Shown: positions 35,779 through 45,284 of the stretch, one piece after another | How positions within the stretch are numbered: position 1 is the first letter of the stretch | How the letters are laid out: every line of letters begins with the position of its first letter | Source of the DNA: Eubacteriales bacterium | GTDB taxonomy: Bacteria > Bacillota > Clostridia > Oscillospirales > Oscillospiraceae | Assembly: GCA_044432785.1 (NCBI GenBank) | Contig: JAWXUK010000001.1 | Coordinates: 145 to 64,144 of the forward strand | Direction: 5' to 3' | DNA length: 64,000 nt | Made by a program: the position numbers and the translations under genes | Notes under the pieces: model-generated | What the model saw: the letters and a program-made list of their open reading frames with translations, nothing else | What the model was told of the DNA's origin: nothing | The model's database searches: none

Positions 35779-38118
35779 ATGAAAAAGCTTCATTTTTCCA
35801 CAAAAGCAGAGACATTACAGCGGTTAGAGGGGAAACTCTCTACCGCTCAGGTCTTGCCTCAATATTCCTTTACGGTTGAAGAATACACGAAAAATCCCGA
35901 GAAAATCTCCCATGAGTTGCAAGATTCCATCAAAAACTGGGGGAATCCATCTGTCATTGTGCGATCTTCTGCGTTATCGGAAGATGGAATCACACAATCC
36001 AATGCAGGAAAATACCTCTCCATTGCAAATGTGCGTGGAGAGGATTCTTTGCTTCGTTCCATTCAAGAGGTCATTGCGTCGTATGATCCAGACCCACAAA
36101 ATCAGGTTCTTGTTCAACCCATGTTGGAAAAGATCCAAGGGTCTGGCGTCATATTTTCGGTAGATCCACAAAATTCAAGCCCTTACTTCGTCATAAATTA
36201 CGATGACACCACAGGTTCAACCGATTCCGTCACATCTGGACAAGGGAAAAACCTGAAAACCTGCTATTTATACCACGGGAAAGACTCCGACCACCCAATC
36301 ATTTCAAAATGCAAGGCGACCACCGAGGAACTGATGGTTTGTTTCGAGACAAATTACATTGATTTAGAATTTGCAATTTCAAATAATACCTTTTATGTTC
36401 TTCAGGTGCGACCTTTGATTGTTCGCACGCAAATAAGCTCGACAAATTCAAAAAGTGATGCCAAAGAACTAGAGCAAATTCACACCTATATCAGCAACGC
36501 AATGAAGAAAAATCCCTATTTGTACGGTGATTCCACCATTTTCGGTGTCATGCCGGACTGGAATCCTGCTGAAATCATCGGCATCCGTCCAAAAGCACTT
36601 GCAACTTCTCTGTACAAATATCTCGTCACAGATGGGGTGTGGGCATATCAGCGAGACAATTATGGCTATAAAAATTTGCGTTCCTTCCCTCTGATGATTG
36701 ATTTTTGTGGACTTCCCTACATAGATACACGGGTTAGTTTCAACTCATTTATTCCAAAAAATATCGACCATGACCTCAGTGATAAGTTAACCAATTATTA
36801 TCTCAGGAAACTCGAAGAAAATCCAACCGAACAAGATAAAGTTGAATTTAATATCATTTTATCGTGTTTCACCTTTGATATTGAAAAAAGACTGGAGATT
36901 TTGAAGAAAAACGGCTTCACTGATAGCGAATGTTCCAGCATCAAAGAAGCTCTCCTCGAACTCACAAACCATATCAGTCACGCAGATGATGGTCTGTGGA
37001 AAAAAGATATGAAAAAAATCGAGCAACTGGAAGAGCGTTTAGAGATCATTTCTAGCAGTGATTTGAGCACATTAGATAAAATTTATTGGCTGTTAGAGGA
37101 CTGTTCTCGCTACGGAACCTTACCATTTGCAGGACTTGCTCGGGTCGGTTTTATCGCTGTGTTGTTGCTAAAATCTATGGTAACCGAAAATTTATTGTCT
37201 CAGGAAAATTACGAACAATTTATGGGGAGTTTGAATACTGTAAGTTCGCAGATGTCGGAAGATTATACAGGGCTATCATCGGAACATTTTCTCGAAAAAT
37301 ACGGACATTTACGCCCTGGAACCTATGATATTTTATCCCCTCGATATGATATGGCACCAAAATTGTACTTCTCTGCTCCGCAATCAGAGAAGCCGAAAGA
37401 ATCCCGAAAAGAGCAGGAAGAATTCAAGCTATCTCTGCAACAATACCAGCAAATTCAAACGCTCATGACCGAGCAGGGCTTCGATCAAGACGTGTTATCC
37501 CTCTTCCAGTTCATTAAAGTTGGTATCGAACAACGGGAATATTCTAAATTTATTTTCAGCAAAAGCCTGTCGCTATCACTAGAACTGGTTGCAAAACTAG
37601 GAGAGGAATACGGATTTTCCCGTGAGGACATGGCATTCTTTGATATCATGAAAATCAAAGAGCTCTACTCTAAATCAGCCGATATTACGCAAGAAATCAA
37701 AGATTCCATCCTAAAAGGGAAGGTTCGATACCAAGAATCCCTTAAAATCACCCTCCCTCCTGTGATCACTCACCCAAATGAGGTTTATGAATTTCATCTC
37801 TCTGAAGCAACACCGAACTATATCACCCAAAAAACCACCACAGGAGCAGTCCTTGCAAATGATCTCAACAGCAACACAATTCCTGGAAAAATTCTTTTAA
37901 TTCCGTCTGCAGACCCTGGCTTTGACTGGATTTTCGCTCAACCGATTTTAGGATTTGTCACGGCATATGGAGGCGCAAATTCGCATATGGCAATCCGTGC
38001 AAATGAACTGGGGATTCCTGCTGTCATTGGGGTCGGGCAACAACTTTTTGAGGGGTTGCAAGAATGTTCTTTGTTGCAGATCGACTGTTCCAATAAGAAA
38101 ATGGAGATTTTGTCATGA
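35779..38118 (+). CDS. PEP-utilising-enzyme-family kinase (ATP-grasp domain plus swivelling phosphohistidine domain, no PEP/pyruvate TIM barrel). Cj1418-like L-glutamine kinase candidate.
   Basis: 779 aa. N-terminal PPDK_N-like region (VIVRSSALSEDG). C-terminal YGGANSHMAIRANELGIPAV with the His736 codon at 37984-37986. The protein ends 43 residues after that His. Confidence 0.7.
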   Translation: MKKLHFSTKAETLQRLEGKLSTAQVLPQYSFTVEEYTKNPEKISHELQDSIKNWGNPSVIVRSSALSEDGITQSNAGKYLSIANVRGEDSLLRSIQEVIASYDPDPQNQVLVQPMLEKIQGSGVIFSVDPQNSSPYFVINYDDTTGSTDSVTSGQGKNLKTCYLYHGKDSDHPIISKCKATTEELMVCFETNYIDLEFAISNNTFYVLQVRPLIVRTQISSTNSKSDAKELEQIHTYISNAMKKNPYLYGDSTIFGVMPDWNPAEIIGIRPKALATSLYKYLVTDGVWAYQRDNYGYKNLRSFPLMIDFCGLPYIDTRVSFNSFIPKNIDHDLSDKLTNYYLRKLEENPTEQDKVEFNIILSCFTFDIEKRLEILKKNGFTDSECSSIKEALLELTNHISHADDGLWKKDMKKIEQLEERLEIISSSDLSTLDKIYWLLEDCSRYGTLPFAGLARVGFIAVLLLKSMVTENLLSQENYEQFMGSLNTVSSQMSEDYTGLSSEHFLEKYGHLRPGTYDILSPRYDMAPKLYFSAPQSEKPKESRKEQEEFKLSLQQYQQIQTLMTEQGFDQDVLSLFQFIKVGIEQREYSKFIFSKSLSLSLELVAKLGEEYGFSREDMAFFDIMKIKELYSKSADITQEIKDSILKGKVRYQESLKITLPPVITHPNEVYEFHLSEATPNYITQKTTTGAVLANDLNSNTIPGKILLIPSADPGFDWIFAQPILGFVTAYGGANSHMAIRANELGIPAVIGVGQQLFEGLQECSLLQIDCSNKKMEILS

Positions 38119-38726
38119 AAAAGAAGAAAATAGTCCTGTCTCAAAGGGTTGATGTGATTGAAAGTTACGGAGAAACTAGAGATTCCCTCGACCAAAATTG
38201 GACAGAATTTATCGTGTCATTGGGAATGATCCCGTTTCCAACACCGAATTTTCCCGATAGTTTATCGGATTATTTAGAAGTCATCCAACCGGACGGCATC
38301 CTCCTCACAGGGGGAAGTGGCCCTGTGAGCTATGGCGGAAATTCCGTAAAACGTGACAAAACCGATGATATGCTCCTTGCATATGCGATTGGAAATAAGA
38401 TACCACTTATGGGAGTTTGTCGTGGAATGCAGTCTTTAGGATGCTTTTTCGGTGGAGTTTTAGAAGAAATTTCCAACCATATTGCGACAAATCACCCCAT
38501 TTCAGGGAAAATCACTCGATCCGTGAATAGTTATCACGGTTGGGGATTTCGGCAATTAGACGATAACATATTTGAAATTTTAGCAACCAGTTCCGACGGA
38601 ATGATCGAGGGCATCTGCCACAGAGAGCATGATTTCGTCGGGATCATGTGGCATCCAGAGCGAGTTTCCCCTTTTTCAGAGGAAGATATTGCTCTTTTCC
38701 AAAAAACATTTCAGAAAGAAGGTTAA
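38115..38726 (+). CDS. Class I glutamine amidotransferase / peptidase C26 hydrolase. Cj1417-like gamma-glutamyl-CDP-amidate hydrolase candidate.
   Basis: Nucleophile elbow GVCRGMQ and catalytic MWHPER. ATGA overlap with the upstream gene. Confidence 0.75.
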   Translation: MKKKKIVLSQRVDVIESYGETRDSLDQNWTEFIVSLGMIPFPTPNFPDSLSDYLEVIQPDGILLTGGSGPVSYGGNSVKRDKTDDMLLAYAIGNKIPLMGVCRGMQSLGCFFGGVLEEISNHIATNHPISGKITRSVNSYHGWGFRQLDDNIFEILATSSDGMIEGICHREHDFVGIMWHPERVSPFSEEDIALFQKTFQKEG

Positions 38727-38729
38727 CTT

Positions 38730-39458
38730 ATGAAAATTATTATTTTAGCAGCAGGTCGTGGAAGTCGTATGGGAGATAGCACCGAAATTTTACCCAAAGG
38801 AATGGTCTCCATTTATGGAAAACCAATTTTGCAACATTGTCTCGATACCCTGGAAAAAGCTGGTATTAATCGAGAGGATATAGCCATTGTCACTGGATAC
38901 CATAAAGAAAAAATCGATTTTTCTGGGGTTACCTACTTCCATAACGAAAATTGGGCGAATACGAATATGTTTATGTCGCTGATGGAAACAAAAAGTTGGT
39001 TGCAACAAGAGCCCTGCATCATGTGCTACTCCGATATTTTATTTAGTGCAGAGCCCATCTTGAAATTGATCAAAAGTACCGCAGATTTCGCCATGACCTC
39101 TTATACCGGTTTTTGGGAACTATGGGAAAAACGTTTCCCAAATCCACTCGAAGATTTAGAAACTTTCATCATAAAGGAAGGGAAATTAACCGAAATTGGT
39201 CAAAAACCTTCGGATAAATCTCAAATCATGGGGCAATATATGGGGCTTCTCCGCATTTCACCAAATGGTTGGGATATCATAGAAAAAGCAGTGAAATTAC
39301 CCATGCCAAAGCCAGTAGAAAAATTGGATATGACCACGTTGCTACAGCATTTATTGACCTTAAAGAATGAAATTGAAGTGATAAATTGTGATGATTTGTG
39401 GCTGGAATGCGATAATGAAGAAGATGTGCGTGTTTATGAGGCGAATTATCAGTTTTGA
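38730..39458 (+). CDS. LicC-like nucleotidyltransferase. Cj1416-like CTP:phosphoglutamine cytidylyltransferase candidate.
   Basis: MKIIILAAGRGSRMG...LPKGMV N-terminal NTP-transferase signature. Starts 3 nt after the upstream stop. Confidence 0.75.
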   Translation: MKIIILAAGRGSRMGDSTEILPKGMVSIYGKPILQHCLDTLEKAGINREDIAIVTGYHKEKIDFSGVTYFHNENWANTNMFMSLMETKSWLQQEPCIMCYSDILFSAEPILKLIKSTADFAMTSYTGFWELWEKRFPNPLEDLETFIIKEGKLTEIGQKPSDKSQIMGQYMGLLRISPNGWDIIEKAVKLPMPKPVEKLDMTTLLQHLLTLKNEIEVINCDDLWLECDNEEDVRVYEANYQF

Positions 39459-39586
39459 CTAGTAATATAATGTTTAGTGCGGTAACTTAACTATATCCGA
39501 TTTTTGGAGTTTCTTCCACTTTTTTTGACGAGTGTCCAAGATGTGTGAGATACCCACATTTTTTAGCCAATTGGTGATATTAGCAC

Positions 39587-39615
39587 TTGCGAAATTGCAA
39601 TATATGTGGTATAAT
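39587..39615 (+). promoter_or_regulatory. Internal sigma-70-type promoter
   Basis: -35 TTGCGA (39587-39592), a 17-bp spacer, and an extended -10 TGgTATAAT (TATAAT at 39610-39615). Confidence 0.5.
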
Positions 39616-39645
39616 GAAATAATTTATAAGAATGAGGTAATATAC

Positions 39646-40704
39646 ATGGGAAACATCATGCAGCAAATCAATGAGGTTTACAGTTTTTTAGAAGATGACC
39701 TGTCTCGTAGAGTTTTCGAGACTAGACTAGAATATAATTTTAGTCGAAAAACTCACAACTTCGGACATCTCATGAAAGAAGAAAATAGAAGTTTCTACTA
39801 TCTCACCGATAAAAATATTTATACAACACCGCTCGCAAGTGGAGAGACTATCATATTTTATGGGTTCACCGGAATGGCTGTTTGGGATTATAATAAAATA
39901 AAAGCTAGAGATCCTCAGTGCAACTTTATTTTTTGTGATCGAAGACACGACGAACTTAAAGATCATCAATTTCTAATTGATAACAATTTAAGAATGATCT
40001 CTCCAGAAGAACTTTTGGGAAATTACAGAGATTGCAAAGTGATCATCAGTATTTCTTCCAAAACAAGGTTTGAAGTGTTTGATTTTTTAAAGGCGAATGG
40101 AGTGCAACAAATTCTATCTGGGAGATTAACCGATGCAATGCAATATTTCGAAGATTTCGTACCAGTCGAAGAAAATGAGATATTCGTTGATGCAGGGGTG
40201 AGAGATGGAGGAACGTCGTTGCAATTTGCGAATTGGTGCGACAATCACTATGAAAAAATATATCTATTTGAGGCCGATCGTACCGTAAAGAATGTCATTG
40301 AAAAGAATATAACATGTTTGCACAACACAGAACTGTATATGAAAGGTCTTTGGAATACCGAGGCTACCCTGTCTTTTCAGCTAGTTGAAAAAACAGGTGG
40401 TTCGCACATCGCAGAAAATGGGACTGAGACAATGGAAGCAGTAGCTCTCGACGATGTGTTGCAAGGCCAGAGAATTACATTTTTGAAGATGGATATTGAG
40501 GGATCAGAACTAAAAGCATTAGAAGGAGCACAAGAAAGCATTAAAAAACATAAACCGAAGTTAGCAATCTCACTCTATCATAAACCAGAGGATATTTTGA
40601 CACTGCCGTTATATATCAAACAATTAGTGCCTGAGTATAAAATTATCTTAAGGCATTATAGTAACGTTATGACAGAAACAGTTTTATATGCTTTTCTAAA
40701 GTAG
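39646..40704 (+). CDS. FkbM-family methyltransferase with the Rossmann-like module in its N-terminal half
   Basis: FVDAGVRDGGTS...FLKMDIEGSELKALEGA...KPKLAISLYH is the FkbM signature. The module is GETIIFYGFTG...FCDRRHDE (about 39841-40110). The start was moved to ATG 39646, which has RBS GAGGT. Confidence 0.8.
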   Translation: MGNIMQQINEVYSFLEDDLSRRVFETRLEYNFSRKTHNFGHLMKEENRSFYYLTDKNIYTTPLASGETIIFYGFTGMAVWDYNKIKARDPQCNFIFCDRRHDELKDHQFLIDNNLRMISPEELLGNYRDCKVIISISSKTRFEVFDFLKANGVQQILSGRLTDAMQYFEDFVPVEENEIFVDAGVRDGGTSLQFANWCDNHYEKIYLFEADRTVKNVIEKNITCLHNTELYMKGLWNTEATLSFQLVEKTGGSHIAENGTETMEAVALDDVLQGQRITFLKMDIEGSELKALEGAQESIKKHKPKLAISLYHKPEDILTLPLYIKQLVPEYKIILRHYSNVMTETVLYAFLK

Positions 40705-40803
40705 TGATTACGCTATTATCACCTTATGGGAACCATATAACCTTATCTTCGCTGTGCAACTTGCCTCCTTACCTATCTCCCCAAAGAAAAGAGAGTCACT
40801 TGA

Positions 40804-42699
40804 ATGGATTTTCAAAATCATCACGCCCTCTGCACAAAAGGCGCCGAGCTTGCAAATGAACTCTGCATCGAGCCTCAAACCACCAGTTATTTTATTCTAA
40901 ATCGAGAGATATCCACTTCGCTCTCATCTATCAAGCACTTCGAGGGGTATCGTGCTTACTTCAGCCCAGAAGGTTTTGCGCAGGGTGAAGTGGCGCAGAT
41001 GACTCGCAACCGCAAAATTGTGCGCAAAATTGTGGTTATTTGCCCCGAACGGCTGGCGTTTCTGCCCCGTTTGTGCACCGCTGTGGAGGATACCATTCTC
41101 TGTAGCGATGAGGAGCTCGAATGCCTAGAAGCCTACGCTCGACTGACCCCAAACATTCACAAAAATTTATTTCCTGGGGAACCACTCAATTTAGAGCCCT
41201 ACGCCATCACCTCTAATCGTAGTAACCCCCTAGTTTTTGCAGATTCACTCCCTTGGAATGATCAAACCATTCCTTGTTTTGGGGTGAGTCTTTTTGGAAT
41301 GTCCCTCCAACTTCCCCAAAGCTATATCGAGGAGTATCAGACGGTTTTTGCAGTCCAAGGATATTCTTATGAAAAAGCGAGAAATCTGCTCGCTAACCGT
41401 GGAATTTCCGCGAAAAATATATGGATTCTTGCGACTACAGTGGATTCCCCTGTAATTTTGGAGGAAATGGCGCAAAAATACAATAAAACCTTGTTACGGC
41501 AAGAAGAGATTTCCTGTGACTGGGACGTGGTCTTTGCACTGGTGAAGTTGGGTGCCGTCTTTTTTTGCGACCAGACCGAAATTGTTCAATTTATCGAGGG
41601 ATCTGGTCTCGATTGTCCTTTTAGCCACTGTGATTCTGATTCTTTGTTCGCTTTTGAGCAGGAATATTTGGAAAAACAGGGGTATTTGAGCCGTCGGGAT
41701 GAATACGAAAATCGTGCTCTAGAAAAAACTTTGGCGCAGATAAAACTGGGGGCAGAACTTGCACAAAAACATTGTCCTTATGAAGAAAATAGCATTTATT
41801 TACTGGCAAATCGTCATATTGGAGATGCCTTTTTATTTCTCAAGCGAGTGCGTGGAATCAAAGAGTTTTATGCACCAGAAAACTCCGAAAATTCGGGGGG
41901 ACGTGTGGTGCGCAAAATATATCTCATCACCACGCCATTGCTCGGATCTGTGGGGGCGCTATTCCCTGATTTGGACGGGATCACCACCCTCCCAAGCGCA
42001 GAGGTGCAAGGGCTTCGCACCTTTGTCAGGTCTATCCCCAACCCAAATCCACATATTTTTTCCGATGCCATGCTCTGGGTGGATCATATTGTGGAGGAAA
42101 AGCTCTATGGATTGCATGAAATCTCCCATCAGCTCCCATTTCCACCCAATTATCCGAAAAAATTCCCGAGCTATTCCACTCTTTCTCAAGAGAGTGTGGC
42201 TAAGGCGCAAGCGTGGTTGGACGAGCGAAACTGCACTCCCGAAAAATGTGTAATTATCGCCCCTTATGCCCAAACAAGCAGTTCTTTTTCGCAAAAAGAT
42301 TGCCAAATGCTCATTGATTACTGCAATCAAAAGGGGTATACCATGTTCACCAACTGCTCCCCCACAGAGTCCCCTTTGGACGGAACCGAAAAAATGGTGC
42401 TTCCGTTGGATGTCTGCTGTGGACTTTCCTCGCTCGGTTGTCGCTTTGTCTGTTCTCAGAGTGGTTTTTCCGATATTTTACGCTGGTTAGAGCGTCCAAG
42501 ACTCACCCTTCTCGTGGTAATGCAGTCGATTTTAGAATGTGAAATGGACTGGGCGAGGGAGTGGAAGGTGGATAAACGGGTGTCTCGACTGGATGAGAGC
42601 TTGTTTTTGTACTACGCACCCGAGGATCGTGTTCCACTTGATTTGGAGCTAAAAACGTGGTTTGCGAAACTATTTGAGGAGGGTTTTGATGAATTTTGA
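40804..42699 (+). CDS. Hypothetical protein (631 aa). The C-terminal part is possibly a GT-B / heptosyltransferase-like fold.
   Basis: Long ORF in operon context. VIIAPYAQTSS...LIDYCNQKGYTMFTN...SQSGFSDIL vaguely resembles GT9-type acceptor/donor loops. No firm motif. Confidence 0.4.
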   Translation: MDFQNHHALCTKGAELANELCIEPQTTSYFILNREISTSLSSIKHFEGYRAYFSPEGFAQGEVAQMTRNRKIVRKIVVICPERLAFLPRLCTAVEDTILCSDEELECLEAYARLTPNIHKNLFPGEPLNLEPYAITSNRSNPLVFADSLPWNDQTIPCFGVSLFGMSLQLPQSYIEEYQTVFAVQGYSYEKARNLLANRGISAKNIWILATTVDSPVILEEMAQKYNKTLLRQEEISCDWDVVFALVKLGAVFFCDQTEIVQFIEGSGLDCPFSHCDSDSLFAFEQEYLEKQGYLSRRDEYENRALEKTLAQIKLGAELAQKHCPYEENSIYLLANRHIGDAFLFLKRVRGIKEFYAPENSENSGGRVVRKIYLITTPLLGSVGALFPDLDGITTLPSAEVQGLRTFVRSIPNPNPHIFSDAMLWVDHIVEEKLYGLHEISHQLPFPPNYPKKFPSYSTLSQESVAKAQAWLDERNCTPEKCVIIAPYAQTSSSFSQKDCQMLIDYCNQKGYTMFTNCSPTESPLDGTEKMVLPLDVCCGLSSLGCRFVCSQSGFSDILRWLERPRLTLLVVMQSILECEMDWAREWKVDKRVSRLDESLFLYYAPEDRVPLDLELKTWFAKLFEEGFDEF

Positions 42700-44206
42700 G
42701 TATATTATCGTCCAAGCAGGTGGACTTGGAAGCCGATTAGAGCATTTAACGAAAAATCGTTCCAAGGCGATGGTACCGGTCAACAATGCCCCCATTTTGT
42801 TCCACTTATTTCGAAAGTATCCCAAGAAAAAATTTATCATCATTGGGGACTATAAATTCGAAGAATTTTCCAACTATCTATCCTGTTTTGCCCCTGTGGA
42901 CTATATTTTGATACAATCCATCGAAAAAGGGAACGTATCTGGACTGGATCAATCCCTCGGATATCTGCCCGAACAATCCCCCTTCATGATCATTTGGTCG
43001 GACTTGATTTTATCAGAGGATTTTGAGACAGATTCCCTTAAAAATGGCTGTTATGTTGGGGTTAGTGATCGATTTACTTGTAGTTGGTCCTTTTCAGATG
43101 GAGTTTTAGAGAAAAAATCCACCACCCAAACAGGTGTGGCTGGCTGTTTCCTCTTCGATTGCAAAACAAAACTTCAAAATCTTCCCAAAGGAGGGAGTTT
43201 CACCAAGTATTTGAAGCAAAGTGACCTCGATTTGCAACATTTTTCTATGGAAAGCACCAAAGAAGTGGGCTCGTTAGAGGGCATTTCTGAACTTGAGAAG
43301 GACTATCAACATCGTTGTCGCCCCTATAATTCCATTGAAATGGGGGAAACCCAAGTGGTGAAACGTGGCTTGACACCAGAAGCAAATACCTTGATCGATC
43401 GTGAAATCGTGTGGTTTGATGCTGTGAAAAAGTGTGGTTTTACTGGGATTCCTCAGGTGATATCCCTCGATCCACTGACAACCGAGCGCATTTATGGAGA
43501 GAATCTGTTTTTAACTCCACTTTCTGACCCAGAAAAGAAAGAGACCATCACTAGATTGTGCGAGAAATTGGACAACCTTCATCATTTGCAAACAGGGGAG
43601 GTCAACTATTTCGACCTTCAAAAGGAATATGAGCAGAAAACTTTGGATAGATTGGTGGGAATTGCCCCATCTATTCCTTTTCATCATCAAAAAGAGATCA
43701 AAATCAACGGGAAACTGTGCCGAAATATTTTGATGGATCGAACCTATTTTCGTCATTTGATTGACCGAATTATGGTGCCAAGTGAATTTGGGCTGTTGCA
43801 CGGTGATTGTACCTTCACAAACAGTCTCATCAACGGGGATGGAGACATTTTCTTCATCGATCCTCGTGGATATTTCGGAAATACCCCTTTGATTGGAGAT
43901 GTTTACTATGATTGGGCGAAGATCTATTATTCCATCGTGGGTAGATTTGATCAGTTCAATGTCAAGCGATTTTCCCTCGAAATTGGAGAAAATGAGGTCA
44001 ATTTCTCCATCAATCCCAGTGGTTGGGAGGGTTTTACCGATTATTTCCTCTCCCTCATCCCAAATTGCAACCTCTATCGCTTGAAACTCATTCACGGGAT
44101 TGTCTGGCTCTCTCTGGCAAGTCATTGCTGGGAAGATTTCGACTCGATGTGTCTTGCCTATTATCACGGATTATACTTACTTCATGGACTAGAAGAGGAG
44201 AAATGA
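42689..44206 (+). CDS. Bifunctional nucleotidyltransferase / APH-ChoK-type kinase (505 aa)
   Basis: N-terminus IVQAGGLGSRL...KAMVPV. C-terminus LLHGDCTFTNSLINGDGDIFFIDPRGYFG (Brenner HGD...N and D-x-x-G motifs). ATG 42689 has RBS GAGGAGGG. Confidence 0.7.
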   Translation: MNFEYIIVQAGGLGSRLEHLTKNRSKAMVPVNNAPILFHLFRKYPKKKFIIIGDYKFEEFSNYLSCFAPVDYILIQSIEKGNVSGLDQSLGYLPEQSPFMIIWSDLILSEDFETDSLKNGCYVGVSDRFTCSWSFSDGVLEKKSTTQTGVAGCFLFDCKTKLQNLPKGGSFTKYLKQSDLDLQHFSMESTKEVGSLEGISELEKDYQHRCRPYNSIEMGETQVVKRGLTPEANTLIDREIVWFDAVKKCGFTGIPQVISLDPLTTERIYGENLFLTPLSDPEKKETITRLCEKLDNLHHLQTGEVNYFDLQKEYEQKTLDRLVGIAPSIPFHHQKEIKINGKLCRNILMDRTYFRHLIDRIMVPSEFGLLHGDCTFTNSLINGDGDIFFIDPRGYFGNTPLIGDVYYDWAKIYYSIVGRFDQFNVKRFSLEIGENEVNFSINPSGWEGFTDYFLSLIPNCNLYRLKLIHGIVWLSLASHCWEDFDSMCLAYYHGLYLLHGLEEEK

Positions 44207-44207
44207 G

Positions 44208-44588
44208 ATGGAAAACACCAATTTACGGCTCTCTCCCTTGTCAAAAACGTGGATTTTCGATTTTGACGGCACTTTAGTGGTGCATAACGGATACAAAACA
44301 GGGGAGGACGAGTTTCTCCCCGGTGCGTTGGAACTTTTGCAAAGTATTCCAGCCGATGATTTTATTTTGATCTTGACAGCTCGAGAGCCCGAAGCACAGG
44401 GCAAAACCGAGGCTTTTTTGGCGAAACATGGGGTGAGATACAACCAAATTGTGTGTGGCATGCCCATGGGAGAACGGATTTTGTTTAACGACTCCAAGCC
44501 ATCTGGGCTGAAATGTTGCTACGGGGTGGAATGCAGTCGAAATCAGGGACTCGAAGGGTTTTCCTATGAAATTGACCCCAATTTATAA
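44208..44588 (+). CDS. Small HAD-superfamily phosphatase-like protein
   Basis: Motif I IFDFDGTLV and motif II LILTAR. 126 aa. Confidence 0.55.
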   Translation: MENTNLRLSPLSKTWIFDFDGTLVVHNGYKTGEDEFLPGALELLQSIPADDFILILTAREPEAQGKTEAFLAKHGVRYNQIVCGMPMGERILFNDSKPSGLKCCYGVECSRNQGLEGFSYEIDPNL

Positions 44589-44602
44589 TAAAGGATAGTG
44601 CC

Positions 44603-45268
44603 ATGAAAGAAATAGTCTTTAGTGCTTCTATGATGTGTGCCAATTTTGCTTCTTTGGAGAGAGAGGTGCACGGATTGCAAGAGGGAAAAATTGATAGTTT
44701 TCATCTAGATGTGATGGATGGGCTATTTGTGGATAATTTTGGTATGGGTTTTCAGGATATGGAGTATATTCGCTCGGCCACCAAAATTCCCCTCGAAGGA
44801 CACCTGATGATCCAAAATCCCGAGCGATATTTCCGAATTTTAGAAAAACTTCGCTTGGATGTGGTGTATATTCACCCAGAATCCACCCAATGCCCCGAAA
44901 TTGCCCTAGAAGATTTGCGAAAAATGGGGATCGCCCCAGGAATTGCCGTAAACCCTGGCACTTCCATTGCGCAGATTGAAGAGCTGTTATATATTGCAGA
45001 TCGTGTCTTGGTCATGTGCGTGATTCCTGGCCATGCAGGGCGAGAATTTGCCCCTTATGTGGCGAAAAAGATTGATAAACTGCTCGCTATGAAAGAGGAA
45101 ATAGGGTTCGAACTCCATTGGGACGGGGCTTGCACTGAGGAAAAGGTCTTGGAATATGCCCCCAAAGGGGTGGACGGATTTGTCCTTGGGACCTCCCTTT
45201 TATTTGGGAAAAACCGACCTTATCCCGAATTGCTCCATGAAATTCGTGGGAAATTACCCAAAAATTAG
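44603..45268 (+). CDS. Ribulose-phosphate 3-epimerase family protein (RPE / allulose-6-P 3-epimerase-like)
   Basis: SMMCANFASL...FHLDVMDGLFV...H...VMCVIPG...DG, the (beta/alpha)8 RPE pattern. Confidence 0.8.
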   Translation: MKEIVFSASMMCANFASLEREVHGLQEGKIDSFHLDVMDGLFVDNFGMGFQDMEYIRSATKIPLEGHLMIQNPERYFRILEKLRLDVVYIHPESTQCPEIALEDLRKMGIAPGIAVNPGTSIAQIEELLYIADRVLVMCVIPGHAGREFAPYVAKKIDKLLAMKEEIGFELHWDGACTEEKVLEYAPKGVDGFVLGTSLLFGKNRPYPELLHEIRGKLPKN

Positions 45269-45284
45269 GAAAGTTGGTGCGTAA

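Noticed and set aside
35779-38118. Annotating the 779-aa protein as PEP synthase or pyruvate phosphate dikinase of central metabolism
   Set aside because: The protein ends 43 residues after the swivel His (GGANSHMAIRANELG), so it lacks the C-terminal PEP/pyruvate-binding TIM barrel. Its context is a glycan-tailoring operon.
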